DNA of 64,000 bases, taken from assembly GCA_026770705.1 (NCBI GenBank), contig JANJGN010000052.1, positions 3,410,001 through 3,474,000 of the forward strand, in the 5' to 3' direction. Below, one piece after another: positions 63,764 to 64,000 of this stretch. The notes under the pieces are model-generated. The model was not told where the DNA came from and did no database searches. It was given only the letters and a program-made list of their open reading frames with translations. Made by a program: the position numbers and the translations under genes. This DNA is from Isurus oxyrinchus. Its lineage: Eukaryota. Every line of letters starts with the position of its first letter. Within the stretch, counting starts at the first letter, position 1.

Positions 63764-64000
63764 CTGGGGAGAGAAATATCAATATTTAACTCTGGATGTT
63801 TTGTTGATCCACTAGACTCGATATCCACCCCCTCCATCACTCGGGCACAGTGGCTGCAGTGTGGACCATCTACAGGACACACAATGAACTCCACAAGGTA
63901 TCACACCAGATGGAAGAGAATCCTGGACACAAAAGCGGAAAAGTTCATTCTACATTGGTTCATGGTCCTCAGGACCCTGTTTGTGCAGAAGTCTGCTCTC

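Overview
Eukaryotic, intron-rich vertebrate genomic DNA. Its repeat content (CR1/L2 LINEs, the 30-bp CAGTACTGAGGGAGTGCTGCACTGT satellite, Penelope-type inverted repeats) suggests a cartilaginous fish; this is an inference. The window holds a recently and repeatedly duplicated, minus-strand cluster of Siglec-like (CD22/MAG/CD33-related) Ig-superfamily receptor genes, which I assembled by hand from GT-AG splice sites. The parts are 5 leader exons, 6 V-set exons plus one almost fully deleted, 4 Siglec-type domain-2 C2 exons, 4 intact and 2 truncated membrane-proximal Ig exons, and 2 kinds of transmembrane exon. Two genes (26227-43603, and 47981 to beyond the window end) encode V-V-C2-(Ig)n-TM receptors with a tyrosine-motif tail (VYEN, LYAN, terminal ITIM-consensus SVYGNL). 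A separate exon (17111-17250), not shown in its reading frame in the ORF track, encodes an Arg-containing TM with a short Tyr-free tail, the hallmark of an adaptor-coupled activating receptor. The locus therefore looks like a paired inhibitory/activating Siglec-like family. It has hypervariable C-C' loops, tandem V domains whose first member lacks the sialic-acid-binding Arg, and a Cys found only in second-position V domains. The rest is Gypsy LTR remnants, LINE fragments, minisatellites and one assembly gap. Exon boundaries were read by eye and transcript structures are unverified.
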